In this document: in pieces, positions 1 to 9,638 of the stretch
Layout of the letters: the number at the start of each line of letters is the position of its first letter
How positions within the stretch are numbered: the first letter of the stretch is position 1
NCBI GenBank assembly: GCA_965120435.1
Contig: CBCPNE010000107.1
Coordinates: forward strand, 1-28,290
Length of the DNA: 28,290 nucleotides
Direction of reading: 5' to 3'
Origin: an uncultured Clostridia bacterium
GTDB taxonomy: Bacteria > Bacillota > Clostridia > Christensenellales > Borkfalkiaceae
The notes under the pieces: model-generated
What the model saw: the letters and a program-made list of their open reading frames with translations, nothing else
The model's database searches: none
What the model was told of the DNA's origin: nothing
Position numbers and translations under genes: made by a program

Positions 1-14
1 CCGGGAGAAATTTT

Positions 15-1418
15 ATGGCAGACGAAAAAAGGGCCGTAACGCAGGAAAAGCTTGTAGCGCTTTGCAAAAACAGGGGCTTTATATTCCCCGGCAGCGAGAT
101 TTACGGCGGCCTTGCAAACACTTGGGACTACGGCCCGCTGGGCGCGGAACTCAAGAACAACGTAAAGAAGGCGTGGTGGAAAAAATTTGTGCAGGAGAAC
201 GTTTACAACACGGGAATTGACTGCGCGATACTGATGAATCCCCGCACCTGGAAAGCTTCAGGGCATATAGGCGGATTTTCCGACCCCCTTATGGACTGCA
301 AAAACTGCAAGACGAGACACAGGGCGGACAACCTTGTGGAAGATTACTGCAAAAAGCACGGCCTTGACGTAAAAGTTGAGTCTATGGACAACGAGGCGCT
401 TGAAAAATTTGTGGCTGAAAAGAAGATTGTCTGCCCCGCGTGCGGCAAGTCTGACTTCACGCCCATAAGAAAGTTCAACCTGATGTTCAAGACGTTCCAG
501 GGCGTTACGGAGGACGGCGCAAGCACGGTATATCTCCGCCCCGAAACGGCGCAGGGAATATTTGTAAACTTCAAAAACGTGCAGCGCTCCACGAGGATGC
601 GCGTACCGTTCGGCATCGGGCAGACGGGAAAGTCGTTCAGAAATGAAATCACGCCCGGCAACTTCATATTCCGCGTGAGGGAATTTGAACAGATGGAGCT
701 GGAGTTCTTCTGCAAGCCCGGCACAGACCTTGAATGGTTTGCTTACTGGAAGAACTTCTGCAAAGACTGGCTCCTTGACCTCGGCCTGAACGAGGACAAC
801 CTGAGGCTGAGGGACCACTCCCCCGAAGAACTTGTGTTCTACTCCAAGGCTACGACCGACTTTGAATACAGATTTGCCTTCGGCTGGGGCGAACTGTGGG
901 GAATTGCCGACAGGACGGATTACGACCTTACGCAGCACCAAACGGAGAGCGGCGAGAGTATGGAATACACCGACCCCGCCACAGGCGAAAAGTACGTACC
1001 CTATGTGATTGAACCTTCCTTAGGCGTGGAGAGAATGGTGCTGGCCATACTCACCGACGCATACGACGAGGAAGTTCTGGACGCGGAAAAGAACGACGTG
1101 CGCACCGTTATGCGCCTGCACCCCTTCCTTGCGCCCTACAAGGCGGCGATTCTGCCGCTGCAGAAGAACCTTGCCGAAAAGGCGCAGGAACTTTACGCAA
1201 GGCTCGCAAAGAACTTTTCCGTGACATATGACGTAACCGGCTCCATAGGCAAGCGCTACCGCAGACAGGACGAAATAGGCACGCCCTGCTGCATAACGGT
1301 GGACTTTGACACCCTTGAGGACGGCACCGTAACCGTGCGCGACAGGGACACGATGGAGCAGATAAGGATAAAGACTGACGAGCTGGAAGCTTATATAGCA
1401 AAGCTTGTTGAATACTGA
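15..1418 (+). CDS. glyQS: Glycine--tRNA ligase (alpha2, eukaryote-like GlyRS)
   Basis: 467 aa. Motifs [30 protein letters not shown], motif 2 [38 protein letters not shown], and a C-terminal anticodon-binding domain ([16 protein letters not shown]). GGAG SD upstream. Confidence 0.97.
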   Translation: MADEKRAVTQEKLVALCKNRGFIFPGSEIYGGLANTWDYGPLGAELKNNVKKAWWKKFVQENVYNTGIDCAILMNPRTWKASGHIGGFSDPLMDCKNCKTRHRADNLVEDYCKKHGLDVKVESMDNEALEKFVAEKKIVCPACGKSDFTPIRKFNLMFKTFQGVTEDGASTVYLRPETAQGIFVNFKNVQRSTRMRVPFGIGQTGKSFRNEITPGNFIFRVREFEQMELEFFCKPGTDLEWFAYWKNFCKDWLLDLGLNEDNLRLRDHSPEELVFYSKATTDFEYRFAFGWGELWGIADRTDYDLTQHQTESGESMEYTDPATGEKYVPYVIEPSLGVERMVLAILTDAYDEEVLDAEKNDVRTVMRLHPFLAPYKAAILPLQKNLAEKAQELYARLAKNFSVTYDVTGSIGKRYRRQDEIGTPCCITVDFDTLEDGTVTVRDRDTMEQIRIKTDELEAYIAKLVEY

Positions 1419-1428
1419 TTGAATTTTT

Positions 1429-1466
1429 AAACGCCTCCGCGGCAGCCGCCGCGGAGGCGTTTTTTT
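1429..1466 (+). terminator. Intrinsic terminator after glyQS, probably bidirectional
   Basis: 15-bp stem aaacgcctccgcggc/gccgcggaggcgttt with a 4-nt loop and a T7 tract, lying between convergent genes. Confidence 0.9.
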
Positions 1467-1470
1467 AAAC

Positions 1471-1505
1471 AGGGCGGCACATATGCCGCAAATAACGCGA
1501 TTTTT
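1471..1505 (+). repeat. Short intergenic repeat element, copy A
   Basis: agggcggcacatatgccgcaaataacgcgattttt; similar to the minus-strand sequences at 9607-9638 and 27255-27289. Confidence 0.55.
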
Positions 1506-2566
1506 TATACGTCTTCATCGTTCTCAAGGTATGACCTTACTATGGACTTGCCGAGCTTTTTGCCTATTTTCATAAGCCTGCTTTTGAGCGTGCGAACGGG
1601 CTTCTGCCTCTCTTCAAGACTGCCGCCGAGTTCCATTGATTTTGTGGGGTTGTGAATGACGTACCCGCACTCCTCCGCGTATTCAAACACGCTCTTGAAT
1701 ATGCCTTCTGCAATCTCCCTCAGGGATTCGGGAACGGCTTCTGTGACCGAATATATATCCGAAGCGTCTATATTTGTTATGCGCTCCTTTCCGAGCAGCG
1801 GTATGAGATAGATGTCTATACAGCTGTTTATTTCATCTATGTACTTAGGCGAAATTTTGCTGGTGGAGCGGCGCTCTCCGCTGCCGCTGCGGACCAGCCC
1901 GTACCACTCCATTACCACGGCCGAAAAGCGCGCCCTGCCCTTTGCGGGAGAGATTGCCCAGCGGGCAAGATTTGCAAACCCGCCGAAGAGCAGCGGTATG
2001 GCCTGGATAATAATCAGAATGATGGAGATTATTATGAGTACCGCCTTGAGGGCTATGGCGGCGGAACCGGCCGAGCCCGCGCTTATGGCAATGGCGATGA
2101 TGGCCATTGCGATTGAAATAATTCTTATGCAGAACCTGAATATTTTGAGCGCCTTGTTGTACTTTTTTACAGTCTTTGTGGTGACTTTGCCCGCAAGCAG
2201 CGTTGCAAGAATCAACAGCACGGCAAACACTGCGTACACGCCGAGCATACAGAATATAGCAATGCCCAGCCCGAACAGCTCTATCCAGTCGTTGATTACT
2301 GCATATACCGCGTAGGCTGTGTAGAACATCGTAAATATGAGGCTGCATATCAGCGAAAATATATTCAGTCTGCGGGCTATTACCGCGCGGTTTGCATATA
2401 TATTCTTGAAAAAACAGCGCAAATCGAACACGTCCTTTGCCAGCGTGAACGTCTCTTCAGCGGAAATGGTGTGGCGCACGACGTGTTCCTGCCTGTCCTC
2501 CGCCTCCGCCGCGGCAGCCTCTTCCTGCTGTTCGTTTTTTAATTGCTTTTTATCCCTTTCTGACAT
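1505..2566 (-). CDS. Membrane protein (~4 TM) with C-terminal tyrosine-recombinase core-binding (SAM-like) domain and no catalytic domain
   Basis: 353 aa with GAGGTG SD. Four hydrophobic segments lie in aa ~67-195. Residues ~213-310 (FSAVVMEW...YLIPLLGKERITNIDASDI...FKSVFEYAEECGYVIHNP) resemble the integrase N-terminal/CB pattern. Confidence 0.75.
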   Translation of the reverse strand: MSERDKKQLKNEQQEEAAAAEAEDRQEHVVRHTISAEETFTLAKDVFDLRCFFKNIYANRAVIARRLNIFSLICSLIFTMFYTAYAVYAVINDWIELFGLGIAIFCMLGVYAVFAVLLILATLLAGKVTTKTVKKYNKALKIFRFCIRIISIAMAIIAIAISAGSAGSAAIALKAVLIIISIILIIIQAIPLLFGGFANLARWAISPAKGRARFSAVVMEWYGLVRSGSGERRSTSKISPKYIDEINSCIDIYLIPLLGKERITNIDASDIYSVTEAVPESLREIAEGIFKSVFEYAEECGYVIHNPTKSMELGGSLEERQKPVRTLKSRLMKIGKKLGKSIVRSYLENDEDV

Positions 2567-2603
2567 AAATACACCTCACGGAATTGCGCAAAATATGCGC
2601 CCA

Positions 2604-4496
2604 TTATATTAGCTTTTCGTATTCGGAATACAGTTCTTCCTGTATCTTTTTCAGCTCTTCCAGTCTGCGGCAAAGCCTTTCAACCTCGCGGTAGTCTGCC
2701 GTAACTCCGGGGTCCGAAAGGCGGCTTTCTATTTCGCCTTCCTCAGTTTCGGCAGAGCTTATGTCCCTTTCCAGCTGCTTTATGCGCGCACGCGCGGCCG
2801 CCTCTTCGGCGCGCTGTCTGCGCGAACGGAAGGCATCTTTCCTGCCCTCTTCGTATTCGGCGCGCGCCCTCTTCTCCCTCTCCGCCTCTACCTCTGCGGC
2901 AAGACTGCGCTTGCCCTCGCGGTAGGCTTCGTAGCCGCCGTCATATACGCTGAGGCGGCCTCCCTCGATTTCGGCTATCCGCTCCGCTACGGCGGCTATG
3001 AAATATCTGTCGTGGCTGACGAAAAGCACGGTGCCCTCAAAATTTTTCAGCGCGCTCTCCAGACTTTCGCGGGCGGGGAGGTCGAGGTGGTTGGTGGGCT
3101 CGTCCAGAAGCAGAAGGTTGCCCTCTTCCGCCGCCAGCACGCACAGCGCGAGTTTGGCGCGCTCGCCGCCCGAAAGGTCGCCCACACGCTTGACGGCGTC
3201 CTCTGCGCAAAGTCCGCACCGCGCAAGGGCGGCGCGCATATCCGTCTGGGAAGAGGATACGTGCCTCTCCCACAGCTCTGCAAGTACGGTGTTGTTCATA
3301 TTGAGGTTGGAATTTTCCTGGTCGTAGAAGGCGGCGCGCACATACCTGCCGAGGCTCACCGCCCCGTCGCAGTTTTTGAATATATGCTTAAGAAGCGTAG
3401 ACTTGCCCGCTCCGTTTTCTCCGACGAGCGCAACCTTCTGCCCGCGCTTTACTGTGAGGCTGCCGCCCGTTACCAGCCGCTTGCCCCCCGCTTCGAGGTT
3501 GAGGTCTTTAACCTCTATGACGGTTTCTGCGGCGCGCTCTGAAAAGGTGAAGCCGAACCGCGGCGGAGCGGGCGGGACATACGGCTTTTCAAGTATTTCC
3601 ATTCTGTCAAGCTGCTTTACCCTGCTCTGGGCGGATTTTGCCGTGGTGGCGCGCGCTATGTTTCTGTCCACATAGTCCTGAAGGCGCGCCCTCTCCTCCT
3701 GCTGCCGCTCATATTCCTTAACCTCAAGGGCAACCCTTTCCGCCTTGAGCGCCTTGTACTTTGTATAGTTGCCGTGGTATGAATACAGCTTCTTATTCTC
3801 TATTTCAAGTATTCTTGCCGCCGTTCTGTCGAGGAAATACCTGTCGTGGGAGACGGTTATCACCGCGCCCTTGAATACGGACAGATAATCTTCCAGCCAG
3901 AAGAGCGTTTTAATGTCGAGGTGGTTGGTTGGCTCGTCCAGAATCAACAGGTCGGGTTCTTCCAGCAGCAGGCGGGCGAGCCTGAGCCTCGTCTTTTCCC
4001 CGCCCGACATTGTTGCGACTTTCTGTTCGTATGAGTCGGCAAAGCCCATTCCGCCCAGCACCGTCTTTACGCGCACTTCGGCATTGTAACAGTCGTGCGC
4101 GGCGATATACCTGTTCAGGCTTTCATACCTTGAAGAGAGCGCCGCATATTCCCTGCCGCCGTACTCCGCCGCGGAGAGCTTTTCAGAGAGGGCGGACAGC
4201 CGTTCTACCGCGTCGAGCTGCGGTTTTACCGCCTCAAGCGTCTGCGAATAGACCGTACCCTCGCCGTCAAGTCCGCCGCTCTGTTCAAGAAAACCTATGC
4301 GGGCGCCGCCCTTTACCTGAACAGAGCCGCCCTCCGCGGACAGTTTGCCGCACATTAAATTCAAAAGAGTGGTTTTGCCCGCTCCGTTTTCGCCTATCAG
4401 GCCTATGCGTTCGCCCTCGTTTACGGCAAACGTGACGTCTTTAAGTACGGCGCCGCCCTGATAGCCGAAGCTTACGCTGTTGAATGATACCAACAT
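2604..4496 (-). CDS. ABC-F family ATPase (ribosome-associated; no TM domains)
   Basis: 630 aa with two NBDs (GENGAGKTT and GENGAGKST; MSGGEK and LSGGER; LILDEPTNHLD twice; SHDRYF twice), the inter-ABC linker and a C-terminal coiled coil. Confidence 0.93.
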   Translation of the reverse strand: MLVSFNSVSFGYQGGAVLKDVTFAVNEGERIGLIGENGAGKTTLLNLMCGKLSAEGGSVQVKGGARIGFLEQSGGLDGEGTVYSQTLEAVKPQLDAVERLSALSEKLSAAEYGGREYAALSSRYESLNRYIAAHDCYNAEVRVKTVLGGMGFADSYEQKVATMSGGEKTRLRLARLLLEEPDLLILDEPTNHLDIKTLFWLEDYLSVFKGAVITVSHDRYFLDRTAARILEIENKKLYSYHGNYTKYKALKAERVALEVKEYERQQEERARLQDYVDRNIARATTAKSAQSRVKQLDRMEILEKPYVPPAPPRFGFTFSERAAETVIEVKDLNLEAGGKRLVTGGSLTVKRGQKVALVGENGAGKSTLLKHIFKNCDGAVSLGRYVRAAFYDQENSNLNMNNTVLAELWERHVSSSQTDMRAALARCGLCAEDAVKRVGDLSGGERAKLALCVLAAEEGNLLLLDEPTNHLDLPARESLESALKNFEGTVLFVSHDRYFIAAVAERIAEIEGGRLSVYDGGYEAYREGKRSLAAEVEAEREKRARAEYEEGRKDAFRSRRQRAEEAAARARIKQLERDISSAETEEGEIESRLSDPGVTADYREVERLCRRLEELKKIQEELYSEYEKLI

Positions 4497-4528
4497 ATTT
4501 TGTATATATTTGCCTGTAAAATTTTATT

Positions 4529-5380
4529 TCAGTAGTCCCATACGGGAATAAAACTATGCTGCGCACTGTCCTTATCCTGAAGAAACACGTTTTCAAGGCC
4601 GGCGGCCTCAACCGCGGACAGCACGGCCTTATACTCCCTGGCAGTAATTCTGCGGCCGAGTTCGGGGACGCCGGCTATATCTCCGCAGGGCGTGTACTGG
4701 CTCATCAGACTGAAGTACACCGTGCGCGGCAGCGTGGCGACAAACTGCACCGCCTTTACCGAATCGGCCACGCACATAGGCATAATCAGGTGCCTCACTA
4801 TGCAGCCGGACAACATCCTGCCATCGCCGTCGAACGCGGCGGGCTTTTCCGCCATATAGCGGATTGCGGGCAGAGCGTAGTCGGCATAGTCGGCGCGCGC
4901 GGTGTACCTTGCAGAAAGCTCTTTGCTTATGAACTTCAGGTCGGGCAGCCATATATCGGTAAAAGCCGAGGCGAGTTCAAGCGTTTCAGGCTTTTCATAT
5001 CCGTGGGTGTTGTACACTACGGGGACGCCCGGTTTGTATATGGAAAATGCTTCCGCGATTTCCGCGCAGTAATGGGTAGGATTTACGAGATTGATATTGT
5101 CCGCCCCCATATCCTCCAGCTCCCTGAAAATATCCGCAAGCTGCGCGGCCGTTATCTCCCTGCCGCGCACCGCGCGCGAGACTTCATAGTTCTGGCAGAA
5201 CCTGCACTTCAGAGGGCAGCCGCAGAAAAATACGCAGCCGCTGCCGTTTCTGAAAGAGACGGGCGGCTCTTCATACGGGTGAAGATAGTACTTTGCAATT
5301 TTCAGCCCCTTTACAGAGCAGGCCCCCCGGCGCGAGGGCCTGTCTGCCCCGCAGGATACGGGACATTGTGTGCAACCCAT
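4529..5380 (-). CDS. Radical SAM protein, PflX-like (PFL-activating-enzyme related)
   Basis: N-terminal CTQCPVSC, radical SAM CPLKCRFC, NINLVNPTH, LPDLKF, IVRHLIMP, SLMSQYTP. Start placed at ATG 5380; the ORF-track extension to 5530 runs through promoters and the riboswitch. Confidence 0.85.
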   Translation of the reverse strand: MGCTQCPVSCGADRPSRRGACSVKGLKIAKYYLHPYEEPPVSFRNGSGCVFFCGCPLKCRFCQNYEVSRAVRGREITAAQLADIFRELEDMGADNINLVNPTHYCAEIAEAFSIYKPGVPVVYNTHGYEKPETLELASAFTDIWLPDLKFISKELSARYTARADYADYALPAIRYMAEKPAAFDGDGRMLSGCIVRHLIMPMCVADSVKAVQFVATLPRTVYFSLMSQYTPCGDIAGVPELGRRITAREYKAVLSAVEAAGLENVFLQDKDSAQHSFIPVWDY

Positions 5381-5386
5381 AGGTAT

Positions 5387-5415
5387 ATTATAGAATAAAA
5401 TTTTTAATAATGCAA
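5387..5415 (-). promoter_or_regulatory. SigA-type promoter for a leaderless radical SAM gene
   Basis: TTGCAT-17-TATAAT, then 6 nt, then ATG; no SD. Confidence 0.7.
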
Positions 5416-5433
5416 TTAAAGCGACGTTTTTAT

Positions 5434-5463
5434 TTGACAGCGCAGACAGCGCGGTGATATAAT
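5434..5463 (+). promoter_or_regulatory. SigA promoter for riboswitch-metK
   Basis: TTGACA-18-TATAAT with extended -10 TG, about 10 nt upstream of the riboswitch. Confidence 0.85.
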
Positions 5464-5472
5464 CAGCGTACA

Positions 5473-5598
5473 ACCTATAAAGAGTGTGCGAGAGAACGGC
5501 TCGATGACCACACAGCAACCTGCAGAGCAAGGTGCTAAGGCCGTACCGATGGGGTAAATAGATGGTAAATTTTGCTCCGCGGCTGCGGAGTTTTTTTT
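5473..5598 (+). ncRNA. SAM-I (S-box) riboswitch with terminator expression platform
   Basis: AAGAG, P2 gtgtg/cacac with kink-turn GA..GATGA, P2b gag/ctc, L2 ACGG pairing with CCGT (pseudoknot), GCAACC...GGTGC core, GATGG as P1 3' strand, terminator ctccgc-ggct-gcggag-T8. Directly upstream of metK. Confidence 0.9.
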
Positions 5599-5665
5599 AT
5601 GCGAGGACGATAAAAAGCCGTTTTCAGCCCCTAAACAGGACAGAAATTAATACACGGGAAATTTT

Positions 5666-6829
5666 ATGAAGAAACTTTTTACCAGTGAAAGCGTTACGGA
5701 AGGACACCCCGACAAGCTGTGCGACCAGATTTCTGACGGTATACTTGACGCCGTTTTAGCACAGGACAATATGGCGAGATGCGCCATAGAGTGCTGCGCG
5801 GCGTACAACCAGATACTTATAATGGGAGAAATTACCACCAACGCCAAGGTCAAATACAAGAAAGTTGCGCGCGATATAATGGCCGGTATCGGATACACTT
5901 TCGGTTCTTTCCGCGCGGACAACTGCAAAATCACGCTCGCCCTGCACAGACAGAGCCCCGATATTGCAATGGGCGTGGACAGCTCGCTTGAAAACAGAAT
6001 GGGCGGCGGTATAAACGACCTTATCGGCGCGGGCGACCAGGGAATGATGTTCGGCTACGCCTGCAATGAGACCGACGAACTGATGCCCCTCTCCGCCCAC
6101 CTTGCGAACAGGCTGGCCAAGCGGCTTGCAGACGTGAGAAAGTGCGGGCTTTTGCCCTACCTCCGCCCCGACGGAAAGACGCAGGTTACAGTTGAATACG
6201 ACGGCCGCACGCCCGTGCGCGTGGACGCGGTGGTTGTTTCCTGCCAGCACAACGAGAACGTAAATCAGGACGCGCTGCGCGGCGACATAAGAAAGTATGT
6301 GATAGACAGCGTGATACCCCATCACCTGCTGGACGAAAACACCAGATATTACATCAACCCCACAGGCAGATTTGAAATCGGCGGCCCTGAGGGCGACAGC
6401 GGACTCACCGGCAGAAAGATTATAGTGGACACTTACGGCGGCAGGTGCGCGCACGGCGGCGGAGCCTTTTCCGGCAAGGACCCCACTAAGGTGGACCGCT
6501 CTTCCGCATATATGGCGAGGTATGTATGCAAAAACCTTGTAGCCGCGGGACTGTGCGACGAAGTGGAGCTTCAGGTGGCGTATGCCATAGGCGTATCCTC
6601 CCCCGTATCGGTGTTTGTGAACACCTACGGCACGGGCAAGCTGTCTGACGGAGAGATAGCCGACATTGTGGTGCGTGAATTTGATTTGCGCCCCTACTCC
6701 ATCATAGAGACCCTTGACCTGCGCCGCCCCATATACCTTCAGACGGCGGCATACGGGCACTTCGGCAAGCCCGACCTCCCTTGGGAGAGGACCGACCGCG
6801 CCCAGGCGCTTGCGAAATACCTCGGATAA
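5666..6829 (+). CDS. metK: S-adenosylmethionine synthetase
   Basis: [54 protein letters not shown]. Confidence 0.97.
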   Translation: MKKLFTSESVTEGHPDKLCDQISDGILDAVLAQDNMARCAIECCAAYNQILIMGEITTNAKVKYKKVARDIMAGIGYTFGSFRADNCKITLALHRQSPDIAMGVDSSLENRMGGGINDLIGAGDQGMMFGYACNETDELMPLSAHLANRLAKRLADVRKCGLLPYLRPDGKTQVTVEYDGRTPVRVDAVVVSCQHNENVNQDALRGDIRKYVIDSVIPHHLLDENTRYYINPTGRFEIGGPEGDSGLTGRKIIVDTYGGRCAHGGGAFSGKDPTKVDRSSAYMARYVCKNLVAAGLCDEVELQVAYAIGVSSPVSVFVNTYGTGKLSDGEIADIVVREFDLRPYSIIETLDLRRPIYLQTAAYGHFGKPDLPWERTDRAQALAKYLG

Positions 6830-6832
6830 TAC

Positions 6833-6856
6833 GGCGCGGCTTTGCCGCGCCCTTTT
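6833..6856 (+). terminator. Terminator-like hairpin between metK and comF
   Basis: 8-bp stem ggcgcggc/gccgcgcc with a TTT loop, followed by CTTTT. Confidence 0.5.
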
Positions 6857-6859
6857 GCT

Positions 6860-7573
6860 ATGAAACTGAAAACTGCAATAAAAAAAGTGCGGGACGCGCT
6901 GTTCCCGCTGAATATAACCTGCGACCTGTGCGGCGCGGAGGTATTTGACGGCCTGAACCTTTGCAGAAACTGCGCGCAGACGGTTGAACTGAACGACAAA
7001 ACCGTGTGCCCCGTGTGCGGCAGAAAGACCGCACGACCTGAAATTTGCGCCGAATGTAAGGCCGACGCGCCGAAGTTTAAAATGGCCGCCTCTGCAATCA
7101 TATACAGGGACGGCGGGGCAAAACTTGTAAACAAGTATAAAAACGGCGCTGTGTATCTGAAGAGTTACCTCGGCGGGCTTATGGCAAAAAAGGCCGCCGC
7201 TCTTCCGCCGTGCGACTTTATAACGTATGTGCCGCTCACGAAAAAGAAGAGGCGCAGGCGCGGATACAACCAGAGCGAACTGCTTGCGCTGGAGATTGGG
7301 GAAAGGCTGAACCTGCCCGTTACAGGCGTGCTGGAGAAGAAGCGCGAAACTGCCGACCAGAAAAACCTATCCAAAAGGGAAAGGACGGAAAACCTGAGGG
7401 CGTGCTTCACAGTTGCAGACCGCGGCGCGGTGAAGGACAAGGCCGTGCTGCTGTGCGACGACATTCTCACCACGGGCGCAACCGCGGACGAGGCGTGCCG
7501 CCAGCTTCTTATTGCGGGAGCAAAGTATGTGTGCCTTATAACCGCCGCCAGCGTGGAATACAGACTGCCTTAA
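6860..7573 (+). CDS. comF: ComF family protein (double zinc ribbon plus phosphoribosyltransferase-like domain)
   Basis: CDLC..CRNC..CPVC..CAEC, RGYNQSELLA, and the PRPP-type motif LLCDDILTTGAT. Start placed at ATG 6860. Confidence 0.88.
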   Translation: MKLKTAIKKVRDALFPLNITCDLCGAEVFDGLNLCRNCAQTVELNDKTVCPVCGRKTARPEICAECKADAPKFKMAASAIIYRDGGAKLVNKYKNGAVYLKSYLGGLMAKKAAALPPCDFITYVPLTKKKRRRRGYNQSELLALEIGERLNLPVTGVLEKKRETADQKNLSKRERTENLRACFTVADRGAVKDKAVLLCDDILTTGATADEACRQLLIAGAKYVCLITAASVEYRLP

Positions 7574-7600
7574 AAACCCGTGCGTAAATGCACGGGTTTT
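7573..7600. terminator. Bidirectional terminator between comF and ligA
   Basis: aaaacccgtgc...gcacgggtttt stem between convergent genes. Confidence 0.85.
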
Positions 7601-7650
7601 CTGATGAAAAAATTTACGCAAAAATTACATAATTGAGGCATATTGCGGGG

Positions 7651-9600
<1,950 letters not shown>

Positions 9601-9606
9601 TTACTT

Positions 9607-9638
9607 GTAAAAATGCGTTGTTTGCGGCATATCCGCGG
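9607..9638 (-). repeat. Short intergenic repeat element, copy B
   Basis: Minus strand ccgcggatatgccgcaaacaacgcatttttac, immediately after the pcrA stop. Confidence 0.55.

Noticed and set aside
1-14. T-box leader for glyQS
   Set aside because: Only 14 nt upstream are in the window, so it cannot be assessed.
1637-1930. Integrase-like segment as a sign of a prophage or ICE
   Set aside because: No catalytic domain, att-like repeat, tRNA target, or phage/conjugation genes; the flanks are housekeeping genes.
5449-5463. GCGCGGTGATA shared by the metK and ogg promoters (also 22290-22300)
   Set aside because: It largely coincides with the extended -10 (TGn-TA), so convergence on promoter consensus in GC-rich DNA explains it.
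4529-5530. Longer ORF-track starts (5530, 6842, 15142, 15252, 17771, 19694, 22223)
   Set aside because: The extensions run through promoters, riboswitch or neighbouring genes and lack homology-like sequence, so downstream starts were used.
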